Positions 55,272 to 64,000 of a stretch of 64,000 nucleotides of DNA are shown piece by piece. Position numbers and translations under genes: made by a program. How positions within the stretch are numbered: the stretch's first letter is position 1; each line of letters begins with the position of its first letter. The stretch covers positions 1,022-65,021 of the forward strand of contig CAZPYM010000001.1 in the NCBI GenBank assembly GCA_964590105.1. Direction: 5' to 3'. The DNA comes from an uncultured Gammaproteobacteria bacterium. GTDB lineage: Bacteria; Patescibacteriota; Patescibacteriia; UBA11705; JABHMO01. The notes under the pieces were generated by a model. It saw nothing but the letters and a program-made list of their open reading frames with translations. It was not told the origin of the DNA and searched no databases.

Positions 55272-56609
55272 ATGTCTATTGATGAGACAATTTTCAAAGC
55301 TTACGATTTCCGCGGGATATATCCGACGCAATTTAATGAAGAAATAATGGCGCGTATCGGTCGGGCGTTTGTACAGTATTTTAATATTAAGGAATTAATG
55401 GTTGGTCGGGATATGCGTATTTCCGCGCCGCAAATGTCAGACGCTTTTATTGCGGGCGCAGTAAAGCAGGGAGCAAAAGTAATTAAACTCGGACTTATCA
55501 GTACGGATACGCTTTATTTCGGAGCCGGCAAGTACAATTCTTACGGCGCCATGATAACAGCTTCGCACAATCCAAAAGATTATATCGGCGTAAAATTTTG
55601 CCGGCCTGGCGCAGAGCCGATTGGCCGCGATTCCGGACTTTTGGAAATTCAAAAACTTGTTCTTGATAATGAATTTGTGGCGACTGAACAAGGTTTTGTT
55701 GAGGAAAAACAAAATATATTAAAGGAATTTGCTGAACATTGTCATGGGTTTATTGATAAAGAAAAAATAAAGCCGCTCAAAATTGTTGTTGACGCTGGTA
55801 ATGGCATGGCCGGGAAAATTGTGCCGGAAGTTTTTGCCGGATTACCGTGTGAAATTATTCCGCTTTATTTTGCACTCGACGGCAATTTTCCAAATCATCA
55901 GCCAAGCCCGATTGAACTGGAAAACAATCTTGATTTGATCGCCAAAGTGAAAGAAGTCAATGCTGATTTGGGATTGTCTTTTGACGGCGACGCTGACCGA
56001 GTATTTTTTATTGATGAAAAAGGTGAAATGATTGACAGCTCGTGGATTACGGCTATGATTGCCAAGAAAATGCTGGAAAAAACTCCGGGCGCCACTATTA
56101 TATATAATGTGGTTGTAAGTAAGGCTGTGCCGGAATTGGTGGGAAAAATGGGCGGCAAGTCGTTTATGAGCAAAGTTGGACATTCGTATATTAAGCAGGA
56201 CATGAAAGAAACCGGCGCGGTTTTTGCCGGCGAACATTCGGGACATTACTATTTCAAGGAAAATTTTCGCGCGGATAGCGGGATTATTGCTGCTTTGATT
56301 GTGATTCAGATGCTTAGCGAAGCAAATAAGCCATTTTCAGAATTGATTCGAGAGTTTCAAACATATTTTAAAATTGAAGAAACAAATTCAAAAGTTGAAA
56401 GCGTTGAGGCAACTTTAAATAAACTCAAGGAAAAATTCAAAGCAAATATTACGCAGGAATTTGATGGCATCACTTTTGACTTCGTCGATTGGTGGTTCAA
56501 TGTTCGGCCGAGTAATACTGAGCCGGTTTTGCGTTTGAACCTGGAAGCGAAGACAAAAAAAGTAATGGAAGAAAAAATAGCTGAAATATTAAAAATAATT
56601 CGGAAATAA
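55272..56609 (+). CDS. phosphoglucomutase/phosphomannomutase family protein
   Basis: Active-site loop 'ITASHNPKDYIGVKF', Mg-binding 'FDGDADR', sugar-binding 'GEHSGHYYF'. Confidence 0.85.
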   Translation: MSIDETIFKAYDFRGIYPTQFNEEIMARIGRAFVQYFNIKELMVGRDMRISAPQMSDAFIAGAVKQGAKVIKLGLISTDTLYFGAGKYNSYGAMITASHNPKDYIGVKFCRPGAEPIGRDSGLLEIQKLVLDNEFVATEQGFVEEKQNILKEFAEHCHGFIDKEKIKPLKIVVDAGNGMAGKIVPEVFAGLPCEIIPLYFALDGNFPNHQPSPIELENNLDLIAKVKEVNADLGLSFDGDADRVFFIDEKGEMIDSSWITAMIAKKMLEKTPGATIIYNVVVSKAVPELVGKMGGKSFMSKVGHSYIKQDMKETGAVFAGEHSGHYYFKENFRADSGIIAALIVIQMLSEANKPFSELIREFQTYFKIEETNSKVESVEATLNKLKEKFKANITQEFDGITFDFVDWWFNVRPSNTEPVLRLNLEAKTKKVMEEKIAEILKIIRK

Positions 56610-56691
56610 GCGGATAATTCGGAGGAAGAAGAGGATTAAAGAAGATTGAAAAAGATAGTTTGTTGAAAGGTGAGATAAAATAGCTAAAATT

Positions 56692-56733
56692 AAAACAGCC
56701 TGGGGCGCGGTGGCGTGGGGCTGTTTTGTTTGT
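56692..56733. terminator. bidirectional hairpin terminator candidate
   Basis: aaaacagcc..(GC-rich loop)..ggctgtttt followed by gtttgttt. It lies between the convergent pgm-like gene (+) and gene 56737 (-). Confidence 0.5.
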
Positions 56734-56736
56734 TTA

Positions 56737-57027
56737 CTATATGGGTTTGATCCAGCTTTCGTTTTCAGCGAGAAAGCCTGTAACACGATCATAGGCGGCC
56801 ATGTGATCATCCGGCGCGACTTCGCGCAAAAGATCGTGAAGCGCGCAGCTTAATTCGGAACTGGTATGCGGGGATAGCAGGATTACCTCTTGCTCCATTT
56901 TGGGAAAGCCGTTCTCATACAGAATTTTGATTCTGAGGCAAAGAGTCGGCTCTACTTGCCGATGAAATTCACTGAGTTCTACTTCGCAGCCTTCTCGTGG
57001 TGGCAAAAGAATTACTCTGACTGCCAT
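56737..57027 (-). CDS. hypothetical small protein (partner A of two-gene minus-strand cassette)
   Basis: 96 aa starting from the internal Met (MAVRVILLPP..). It lies 17 bp downstream of 57045-57350. No motif recognised. Confidence 0.4.
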   Translation of the reverse strand: MAVRVILLPPREGCEVELSEFHRQVEPTLCLRIKILYENGFPKMEQEVILLSPHTSSELSCALHDLLREVAPDDHMAAYDRVTGFLAENESWIKPI

Positions 57028-57044
57028 GTTCTTCCCTCCATTGG

Positions 57045-57350
57045 TTATACTCTCACGAAATACGGCCATTCGATTACGATTGCGCGAATAATCTTGAGGG
57101 CTTCTTCCGGATTCCAAATGCCTTCAAGTGCTTTATTAAACTTCAGTTGAAGTCTCCACAAACAAGAATTGAGCCTGTCTGCGCGAGTTGTCGCGACAAA
57201 TTCAGCCAGAATATCAGGCGGTAATGGTAGTCTTTTGTTAATCTTGAGCAATTGTATTATTATCACTGCTGTTAAGTTGTGGCATACGCGATCCGGAATG
57301 ATACGAAGTTCCCATACATTCAGAGAAGCGCTGACGGTAGCTTTTCCCAT
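57045..57350 (-). CDS. hypothetical small protein (partner B)
   Basis: 101 aa starting from MGKATVSASL. It is co-oriented with partner A and tightly spaced, between the convergent pgm and murI genes. Confidence 0.4.
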   Translation of the reverse strand: MGKATVSASLNVWELRIIPDRVCHNLTAVIIIQLLKINKRLPLPPDILAEFVATTRADRLNSCLWRLQLKFNKALEGIWNPEEALKIIRAIVIEWPYFVRV

Positions 57351-57612
57351 GTGTTTACCCCCATGCAATGATTCGCACTTGGAAATATCTTGATTCGGTT
57401 TCCAGTGTTACGGAAATGCCATTATTCATGAGGCCTCCTTTGATTGTTAGTGAACAAATATTATTAGAATTTACATTGTTTAGTTAATTTTGTCAAGGAG
57501 AGGTGTTTTTTATTTTATTGATTTTTTATGCTTTTACAATTATACTGAAGAAATAGTAATCGGGTGTTTTGTCTTGTTGCCTTATTCCGCCTTATTTAGC
57601 CATATTATAATT

Positions 57613-58476
57613 ATGATAGGAATTTTTGACAGCGGTCTTGGCGGTTTGACCGTATTAAAAGAGATTAAAAAAGTTTTGCCGGAATACGATTATCTGTACC
57701 TTGGCGATACGCTTCATCTTCCATATGGAAACAGATCTGACGGGGGTGTTTATGATTTAACAAAAAATGCCTGCGATTATTTATTTGAACAAGGATGTAA
57801 ATTAATTATCATTGCCTGTAATACGGCAACGGCAAAGGCGCTAAGAAAATTGCAAACAGAGTATTTGAAAGAAAGACAAACAGCACAAGGGGAACAGGTT
57901 AATATTCTTGGAGTGGTGAGACCGATGGTTGAAGCGGTGGCAAAAATTGGAAAGAAAAAAGTCGGGGTGATTGGAACAAGGGGAACTGTTAATTCTAAAA
58001 TTTATATGCTAGAATTGAAAGAGCAAAGAGAAAATCAAGATTCAAGCGTCAAGCTTCAAGAACAACAAGCAGTAAAAAACAAATTTGAAATTTTTCAAAA
58101 CTCGTGTCCATTGCTCGTGCCGTTGATCGAAGAGGGCTGGCTCAAACGAAAAGAATTAAAATCCATTTTAAGATATTATTTGCGGCCGCTAAAGTCGGCG
58201 CAGGTGGAAGTTTTAATTCTTGGCTGTACTCATTATCCTTTGTTGTTAGAACAAATCAAAAATATTATGGGGCGGCGTTGTCAGGTTCCCAATCCCGGAG
58301 AGATTGTAGCTAAGTCATTGAAAGATTATTTACAAAGGCATTCTGAAATTGAGAATGGCCTGGAAAAAAATTCGCAAACAAAATATTTGGTAACTGATTT
58401 AAATGATAATTTTCAACAACTGGCCCGCCGGTTTTTGGGGCAGGAGATTGAAATTCGACAGATAGATTTAAAATAA
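57613..58476 (+). CDS. murI: glutamate racemase MurI
   Basis: Start set at the internal ATG that gives 'MIGIFDSGLGGLTVL'. Catalytic motifs 'IACNTATA' and 'LGCTHYPLL'. Confidence 0.9.
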   Translation: MIGIFDSGLGGLTVLKEIKKVLPEYDYLYLGDTLHLPYGNRSDGGVYDLTKNACDYLFEQGCKLIIIACNTATAKALRKLQTEYLKERQTAQGEQVNILGVVRPMVEAVAKIGKKKVGVIGTRGTVNSKIYMLELKEQRENQDSSVKLQEQQAVKNKFEIFQNSCPLLVPLIEEGWLKRKELKSILRYYLRPLKSAQVEVLILGCTHYPLLLEQIKNIMGRRCQVPNPGEIVAKSLKDYLQRHSEIENGLEKNSQTKYLVTDLNDNFQQLARRFLGQEIEIRQIDLK

Positions 58477-58501
58477 ATTAAATAATACAAAAAAATAAAT
58501 T

Positions 58502-59665
58502 ATGCTTTTTACGATTGTTGTTTTCGTCATTATACTCGGTCTTTTGGTTTTTGTGCATGAACTTGGACATTTTGCCACCGCGCGCAAATTAGGCGTTAAA
58601 GCGGAGGAATTTGGTTTTGGCTTTCCGCCGAGAATTTGCGGCTGGAAAAAAATAAACGGTAAAAGAATATTTTTTCTCGGCAACAAGGACATTGAACATA
58701 TTAAGTCAGAAGATACTGTTTATTCTTTTAATTGGATCCCGCTTGGTGGCTTTGTGAAAATTAAGGGCGAAGACGGAGAAAATAAATCTGATCAGGATAG
58801 TTTTGCTGGCAAAAAAATTTGGAAGCGCGCAGTTATCCTCAGCGCCGGTGTTTTTATGAACGTTGTTTTGTGCGCAGTCTGCCTGATGATTGCTTTTTCG
58901 CTCGGCGCACCGCAAGTGGTGGACGGGATGGACACCGGCGCGGTCATTGAAAATCAAAAAATTCAGGTGGTATCCTTGACCGCGTTTTCGCCGGCCAAGG
59001 AAGCCGGTGTGAATTTGGGCGACGCGATTTTAAAATTAGATGATCAGCAAATAACTTCAATTGAACAGATTCAGGAATATGTTTCTGCTCGAGACGGTCA
59101 ATCAATTCAGTTAACCGTAGAAAGATATGGAGAAGAATTGACTATCGCCGTGGTGCCTCAGATGGTGGAAGAAATAAAAAATGCAGGGTTGGGGGTCGGT
59201 CTTGCCGAAACCGGCATAGTTTCATATCCGTGGTACAAAGCAATCTGGCTCGGAATCAAAGGAACATATTTCATGGCCGTGAAAATTATTGTGGCTTTTG
59301 CCTTGGTTATCAAGAACGCGGTAACCGGCCAGCCTCTTGGCGTGGATGTAGCCGGACCGGTGGGTATTGCCGTCATGACCGGACAAGTGGCGCGCATGGG
59401 ATTTATTTATATTTTACAATTTACTGCTTTGCTTTCACTGAATCTGGCAATTATTAATTTTTTGCCATTTCCCGCGCTTGACGGCGGGCGGGTGCTTTTC
59501 CTGATTATAGAAAAAATAAAAGGCAGCGCAGTCAATCAAAAAGTTGAGCAGATAGTACATACAATTGGGTTTGTTTTGTTAATGGTTTTAATTATAGTTG
59601 TAACTGGTCGCGATATTTATAAGTTTAAAGAATTTTTTGTTGAGCTATGGCAAAAAATAATTTAG
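58502..59665 (+). CDS. rseP: RIP metalloprotease RseP (site-2 protease, M50)
   Basis: 'HELGHF' zinc motif in TM1, a PDZ domain, and 'LNLAIINFLPFPALDGGRVLF' (LDG motif). Confidence 0.85.
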   Translation: MLFTIVVFVIILGLLVFVHELGHFATARKLGVKAEEFGFGFPPRICGWKKINGKRIFFLGNKDIEHIKSEDTVYSFNWIPLGGFVKIKGEDGENKSDQDSFAGKKIWKRAVILSAGVFMNVVLCAVCLMIAFSLGAPQVVDGMDTGAVIENQKIQVVSLTAFSPAKEAGVNLGDAILKLDDQQITSIEQIQEYVSARDGQSIQLTVERYGEELTIAVVPQMVEEIKNAGLGVGLAETGIVSYPWYKAIWLGIKGTYFMAVKIIVAFALVIKNAVTGQPLGVDVAGPVGIAVMTGQVARMGFIYILQFTALLSLNLAIINFLPFPALDGGRVLFLIIEKIKGSAVNQKVEQIVHTIGFVLLMVLIIVVTGRDIYKFKEFFVELWQKII

Positions 59666-60234
59666 CGGAAAAACCAAAACCAATTCAAGCCGAAGCATTG
59701 CCGGAGCATCGCGAGCGGGCAGTGCCGGATTTGGAATTGATTGAAAATAAAATCGTGAAAATTAAGGATTATATTGAAAAAGCTGACAGTCTTTTGGCTT
59801 GGCAAATAAATCCGGAATCAGTGAAAATGCCAAGTGATTATAATGATCCTGAAAAATTAGCCGTTGCTAATAATAACAAACTTCGCACAAACTGGTTTTC
59901 TCGTTGCTTTGAATTAATGCAGACTCTTGGTGAGAAATTGGAAATTAATAATAGTGACGCTTTTGCTTTGTGGGCGGAATTGAGAGAGCTTTTGAAAGAA
60001 GAAGGAAAAGTCAGCAAAGATGAAGTTGACAATTCATTAACAAACTACGGTATTCAAATCTTGAACGACCCAAAAGCCTTGGCTGAGTTGGCGGCTCAAG
60101 GGAAAAAGAAAGCGGCGCAACAATTTGTTGAGCAAAAAACTAAGTTTGTAGTCAAATTTGAAAAATTGTTAGCACATTATCTGGAGGCCCTGGAACAGTT
60201 AAAAATGCGTTATGAAAAAGACAAGGAAGTGTAA
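59647..60234 (+). CDS. hypothetical protein
   Basis: 195 aa, soluble, Lys/Glu-rich. It overlaps the rseP stop by 19 bp. Confidence 0.5.
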   Translation: MAKNNLAEKPKPIQAEALPEHRERAVPDLELIENKIVKIKDYIEKADSLLAWQINPESVKMPSDYNDPEKLAVANNNKLRTNWFSRCFELMQTLGEKLEINNSDAFALWAELRELLKEEGKVSKDEVDNSLTNYGIQILNDPKALAELAAQGKKKAAQQFVEQKTKFVVKFEKLLAHYLEALEQLKMRYEKDKEV

Positions 60235-60967
60235 ATTTAATTTACAAGGAGTTGCGATCATTGTTTTGTTAGCGCTTCTTGTATTTTTTTTAATGTTTTC
60301 CGCCTACATTTACTTTGATATAAAAAAAGTGGAGCAAGGTGTTTTCAATTTATATCAGCAAATGAAAACCACCAATGACAAGATTACTCAATTTTCAGTT
60401 TCCGATGAGGAAGTGGCGCAAAAGTCAATGAAATTTACCGAGGCGACCAAGCAATGGCGGATTTATCAGAATAGCGATCATCTTTTCCAATTCAAGAGTC
60501 CGGCAAATTGGGGCAGTTTTATTTTCGAAACCCGAGATGATAAAAAAGTCGAATATTATTCCGGGCAAAGACTATATGGCGGGTTTACGAATGCCGCCAG
60601 CAGTAATTCTCTGGATTTAATGCTCGTGACTTATGATTTTTCTCTGCCGTCGAAAATTGATTATGCCAGTAGGGAAGTACAACAAGCGGTGGAAAAAAGC
60701 GAGGACGGCGAGTGCCCGCATGATTTGTTTGAGAGTCTGAAAAAATTAAACATCGGGGAGATTAGAAATTGTTATGTTCAGGAGAATATTTTAAATCAGA
60801 AATTTATTGTATTTCATTACGTGCAGGTTTTGCCTGATATCGCCGGGATTAATGACGAGGTTATTGCTGTGTGTCCGCGCGGCGATTATTATATAAAAAT
60901 TGATCTGCCAAATGAAATCAGCCCGGAAATAGAGTACTTTATCCAGAGTGTTGTTTTCTTGAATTAA
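60212..60967 (+). CDS. hypothetical membrane-anchored protein
   Basis: 251 aa with an N-terminal TM (VAIIVLLALLVFFLMFSAYIYF). Confidence 0.5.
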   Translation: MKKTRKCKFNLQGVAIIVLLALLVFFLMFSAYIYFDIKKVEQGVFNLYQQMKTTNDKITQFSVSDEEVAQKSMKFTEATKQWRIYQNSDHLFQFKSPANWGSFIFETRDDKKVEYYSGQRLYGGFTNAASSNSLDLMLVTYDFSLPSKIDYASREVQQAVEKSEDGECPHDLFESLKKLNIGEIRNCYVQENILNQKFIVFHYVQVLPDIAGINDEVIAVCPRGDYYIKIDLPNEISPEIEYFIQSVVFLN

Positions 60968-61232
60968 AAAAAGTGGTATAATGAAAATAATAAATTACAA
61001 ATTACAAAATACAAATTACAAAATACAAATTACAAGGTAAAAGGGAAAAGGGCGGAAATTACAAATAATAAAGAGAAAATCACAAATAAGAAATTAAAAA
61101 AATAAAAAAATATTAGTTTCGCGCGGAATGACAATAAAGAGAAATAAATACTTAGTCGCTGTTGTGAAAGCATTTTACAGTTTAGCAATTTAACAATTTA
61201 GTAATTTAAATCTCGCCTTATAATTTTCATTT

Positions 61233-61994
61233 TTGTTCATTATGCCAAAATCAAAACAAACAAAAACCAAAAAAACAGTTCAAACAAAATCAAAGCCGGA
61301 AAAACTAAAACCAGCGGAAACTGACGATCAAATTAGAATCCGATTATTAAAAACAGAAGTTCATTATTTCAAGGGGCTCGCTATTTCAATCACAGTACTC
61401 ATAATGTGCGTATTTGTGGCTTTTGGCGTGCTTTTCAGCGCCATGTATTTGGAGGCGCGAGCTACCAGAGTGATATTTCAGTATGCTCTAAGAGATATTT
61501 TGAGAGACGGTTTGTCAATAGCTGCGCCAGGTATTAATGAGCAAGATGCAACAGCTGATGACTTGGGCGACGAGGAGGTGTGCTGTGATACCGGTGAAGA
61601 TGAAATCGTGGCTGACGAGGATGTTGGCTGGCTCTGGTTTTCCAAATACGGATTTACCGCTCATTTCCCAAATAGCTGGACATATTTTGACCGTCCGTAT
61701 GAAAAACAAGTTTATTTTTTTGCCGATGGCGTAGTCCGGCCGGACAATTCAGCTGACATTGGCGACTTTGTGGCCGCAGTTGTGGAGAGGGACAAATACA
61801 AAGACGATTATCAGGGAACGCTTGCGACGATTGGCAACAAGATTGGGTATTCCTATGACCTGAGTAATTTACGGGTTGTAGTAGTTCCATTCGACAAAAA
61901 TTACGTTGAATTGAAGTTCAATCAAAAAAATCCGTTTTTGACTGACGAGCTGATCAAGCAGTTTTTGGCCAGGTTTGAATTTAGTGAAAAATAA
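61233..61994 (+). CDS. hypothetical membrane-anchored protein
   Basis: 253 aa. Lys-rich N-terminus, one TM, an acidic region, then a roughly 130-aa C-terminal domain. Confidence 0.5.
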   Translation: MFIMPKSKQTKTKKTVQTKSKPEKLKPAETDDQIRIRLLKTEVHYFKGLAISITVLIMCVFVAFGVLFSAMYLEARATRVIFQYALRDILRDGLSIAAPGINEQDATADDLGDEEVCCDTGEDEIVADEDVGWLWFSKYGFTAHFPNSWTYFDRPYEKQVYFFADGVVRPDNSADIGDFVAAVVERDKYKDDYQGTLATIGNKIGYSYDLSNLRVVVVPFDKNYVELKFNQKNPFLTDELIKQFLARFEFSEK

Positions 61995-62108
61995 TAGTTT
62001 AAAGTTATAGGGCCGAGTTATACAGACTCGGCCTTTTGTATTTCTAGAATATATCAAAGGAATCTGCTATAATATACCCAGGTAATAACAATTTAAATTA
62101 ATATTAGT

Positions 62109-63101
62109 ATGATTAAAATCGCGATTAACGGTTTTGGCCGTGTCGGTCGAGCTGCATTTAAAATTGCGCTTGCCAAAAAGAATTGTCAGATTGTGGCTAT
62201 CAATGATCTGGGGGATATTAACAATCTGGCTTATCTTTTGAAGTATGATAGTGTTTATCGTCGTTATGATCGTTCTGTCAGTGTGAGTGGCAATAATCTG
62301 GTTGTGGCCGGGAAAAAGTTTCCGGTTTATGCTATTGCTGAGCCGGAAAAATTACCCTGGAAAAAACACAAGGTTGATGTGGTTCTGGAGTGTACCGGCG
62401 TATTTACAAAAAAAGAAGATGCTAGTAAGCATTTAAAAGCCGGCGCAAAAAACGTAATCATTTCTGCGCCAACCAAGAGTGAAGGCGTGGCAACCATTGT
62501 CCGCGGAGTGAATGACAAGAACGCCAAAAAAGAAAAATTAATGGCCAATGCTTCTTGCACCACTAATTGCGTGGCGCCGATAATGGCGGTTTTGGAAAGC
62601 GCTTTTGGAATTGAAAAGGCTTTGTTGACCACTGTGCACGCCGTGACAGCCAGCCAGCGCGCAGTCGATCTTCCTTATGCGAAAAATTGGCGCGAGGGCA
62701 GAGCGGCCGGCATTAATATTATTCCGTCAACAACCGGAGCGGCGATCGCTACTGCTTTAACCTTGCCAAGTCTGAAAGACAAGTTTGACGGCGTGGCCTT
62801 GCGCGTGCCGGTAATTTGCGGCTCTATTTCCGATATTGTTGTTTTGTTGAAAAAAAATGTAACGGTTGAGCAGGTGAATGGCGCTTTCAAGCGTGCGGCT
62901 AAAAGCCCGATTTACAAAGGAATCCTAGTGGCGTCAGACGAAGAACTGGTTTCTTCTGACATTCTTGGCACTTCAGCTTCAGCAATTGTTGATCTGAAAT
63001 TTACGCGAGTCGTGGGCGGCAATTTAGTGAAGGTTTTGGCCTGGTACGACAATGAATGGGGATATTCAAACAGGCTGGTGGAAATGGCGGAGAGGATTTA
63101 A
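62109..63101 (+). CDS. gap: type I glyceraldehyde-3-phosphate dehydrogenase
   Basis: 'MIKIAINGFGRVGR' Rossmann motif and catalytic 'ASCTTNCVAP'. Confidence 0.92.
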   Translation: MIKIAINGFGRVGRAAFKIALAKKNCQIVAINDLGDINNLAYLLKYDSVYRRYDRSVSVSGNNLVVAGKKFPVYAIAEPEKLPWKKHKVDVVLECTGVFTKKEDASKHLKAGAKNVIISAPTKSEGVATIVRGVNDKNAKKEKLMANASCTTNCVAPIMAVLESAFGIEKALLTTVHAVTASQRAVDLPYAKNWREGRAAGINIIPSTTGAAIATALTLPSLKDKFDGVALRVPVICGSISDIVVLLKKNVTVEQVNGAFKRAAKSPIYKGILVASDEELVSSDILGTSASAIVDLKFTRVVGGNLVKVLAWYDNEWGYSNRLVEMAERI

Positions 63102-63268
63102 ATACTAATGAGCGGAGCGCGAATGATACAAATATGCGAATGACGCGAATTGGAAAAGTCAATTAGAGAACTGGAGAATTAGTGAATTAAGGAAAGTGAA
63201 TTAAGTGAATTTAGATTCCTGAATTGAACTTTGTTTAACCTCTTAATTTTATTGTTTTTTTGATTTTA

Positions 63269-64000
63269 TGTTTTATTACTTCATTACAGGCATAGCCGGA
63301 CTTTGCATTGGCAGTTTTCTGAATGTTGTTATTTGCCGTCTGCCGGAAAAAAAGTCGATTGCGAAAGGGCGATCGGCATGCCCGCATTGCAAGGAAAATT
63401 TAAAAGCCCGCGACCTTGTCCCGCTACTTAGTTTTTTGCTTTTAAAAGGAAAATGCCGCCAATGCCATAAAAAAATTTCCTGGCAATATCCTTTGGTTGA
63501 GTTTTTCACCGGTGCGATCTTTGTTTTTCTGGCCTGGCATCATCTGGCGGATCAGGTTTTGGCCAATCCGTTTTTTTTCCGCGATTTGGTCTTTGCCGCC
63601 GGCTTAATTGTTATTTTTACAACTGATTTGCGTTTTTATTTAATTCTGGACGCGGTGACAATTCCGCTGGCTGTATTTGCTTTTGCGGTTAATTTTTTTC
63701 TGTTAAGCACTTCAGCCAACTATTTGCAGGTTGCCATGAATTTAATTATTGCGGGCGCGGTTGGCGGCGGGATATTTTTGCTTCAGCATTTGATTTCCAA
63801 AGGAAAATGGGTTGGCGCGGGCGATATCAGGCTCGGCGTGCTGATGGGCTTTATGCTCGGCTGGCCGAGTATCGGCGTGGCTCTTTTCCTGGCCTATATT
63901 GCTGGCGCGGTTGTCGGCATTATTCTGGTAATCTGTAAAAAGAAAAAAATGCAGAGCCAGTTGCCATTTGGCGTTTTCTTGAGCCTGGCAACTTTTGTAA
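63269..64000 (+). CDS. pilD: prepilin peptidase (A24 family, PilD-like), 3'-partial at window edge
   Basis: This ORF runs off the window end, so it is missing from the ORF track. It has an N-terminal CxxC...CxxC zinc finger (CPHCKENL..CRQCHKKISWQYPLVE) and the A24 catalytic region 'GAGDIRLGVLMGFMLGW'. Confidence 0.8.

Overview
This is an AT-rich bacterial window with GC-rich hairpins scattered through it. Gene content and style point to a reduced genome of Candidate Phyla Radiation / Patescibacteria type. The evidence is many membrane-anchored hypothetical proteins, lamin-tail-domain and Big-domain surface proteins, competence genes and T4SS-like genes. I call about 53 CDS, 4 tRNAs (Thr-CGT on the minus strand; Ser-GCT, Ser-TGA, Arg-GCG on the plus strand), no rRNA and no CRISPR.

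Housekeeping genes I recognise with confidence: a CaCA antiporter, a GT4 glycosyltransferase, an ECF sigma factor with a putative anti-sigma partner, MurG, MurI, FtsE/FtsX, an FtsB-like protein, a parvulin PPIase, an RlpA-like protein, RecG, RadA, a ClpC-like AAA+ ATPase, phosphoglucomutase, RseP, GAPDH, ComFC and a partial prepilin peptidase at the right edge.

Loci worth a second look:
- 18.3-28.0 kb: a tightly packed plus-strand operon encoding a Gram-positive-type T4SS-like apparatus. It has VirB6-like, VirB3/PrgI-like, split VirB4 and VirB8-like genes, but no relaxase and no coupling protein. It sits next to comFC and a two-LTD surface protein.
- 43.5-51.4 kb: a minus-strand cluster of very Cys-rich secreted proteins. 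They share a conserved two-helix hydrophobic module and carry CHAP-type peptidase domains. A PD40 beta-propeller protein and a Lys/Gly/Ala-rich membrane protein are in the same cluster.
- Two small GIY-YIG (YhbQ-like) nuclease genes embedded in repeat structures. One is bracketed by inverted repeats plus a 5x 40-bp tandem array, next to a RAYT/IS200-like protein whose HUH motif is degenerate. The other is wedged exactly between two tRNA-Ser genes and carries an in-frame amber codon.
- A roughly 130-bp inverted-repeat pair that brackets a 3-gene lipoprotein module just downstream of the tRNA-Arg.
- A GC-rich, G4-prone island with a G10 homopolymer upstream of a Big-domain surface protein gene.
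- A repeated GC palindrome family.
- Short 'wordy' tandem oligo repeats in many promoter regions.

All functional calls come from motif recognition by eye. None is database-verified.
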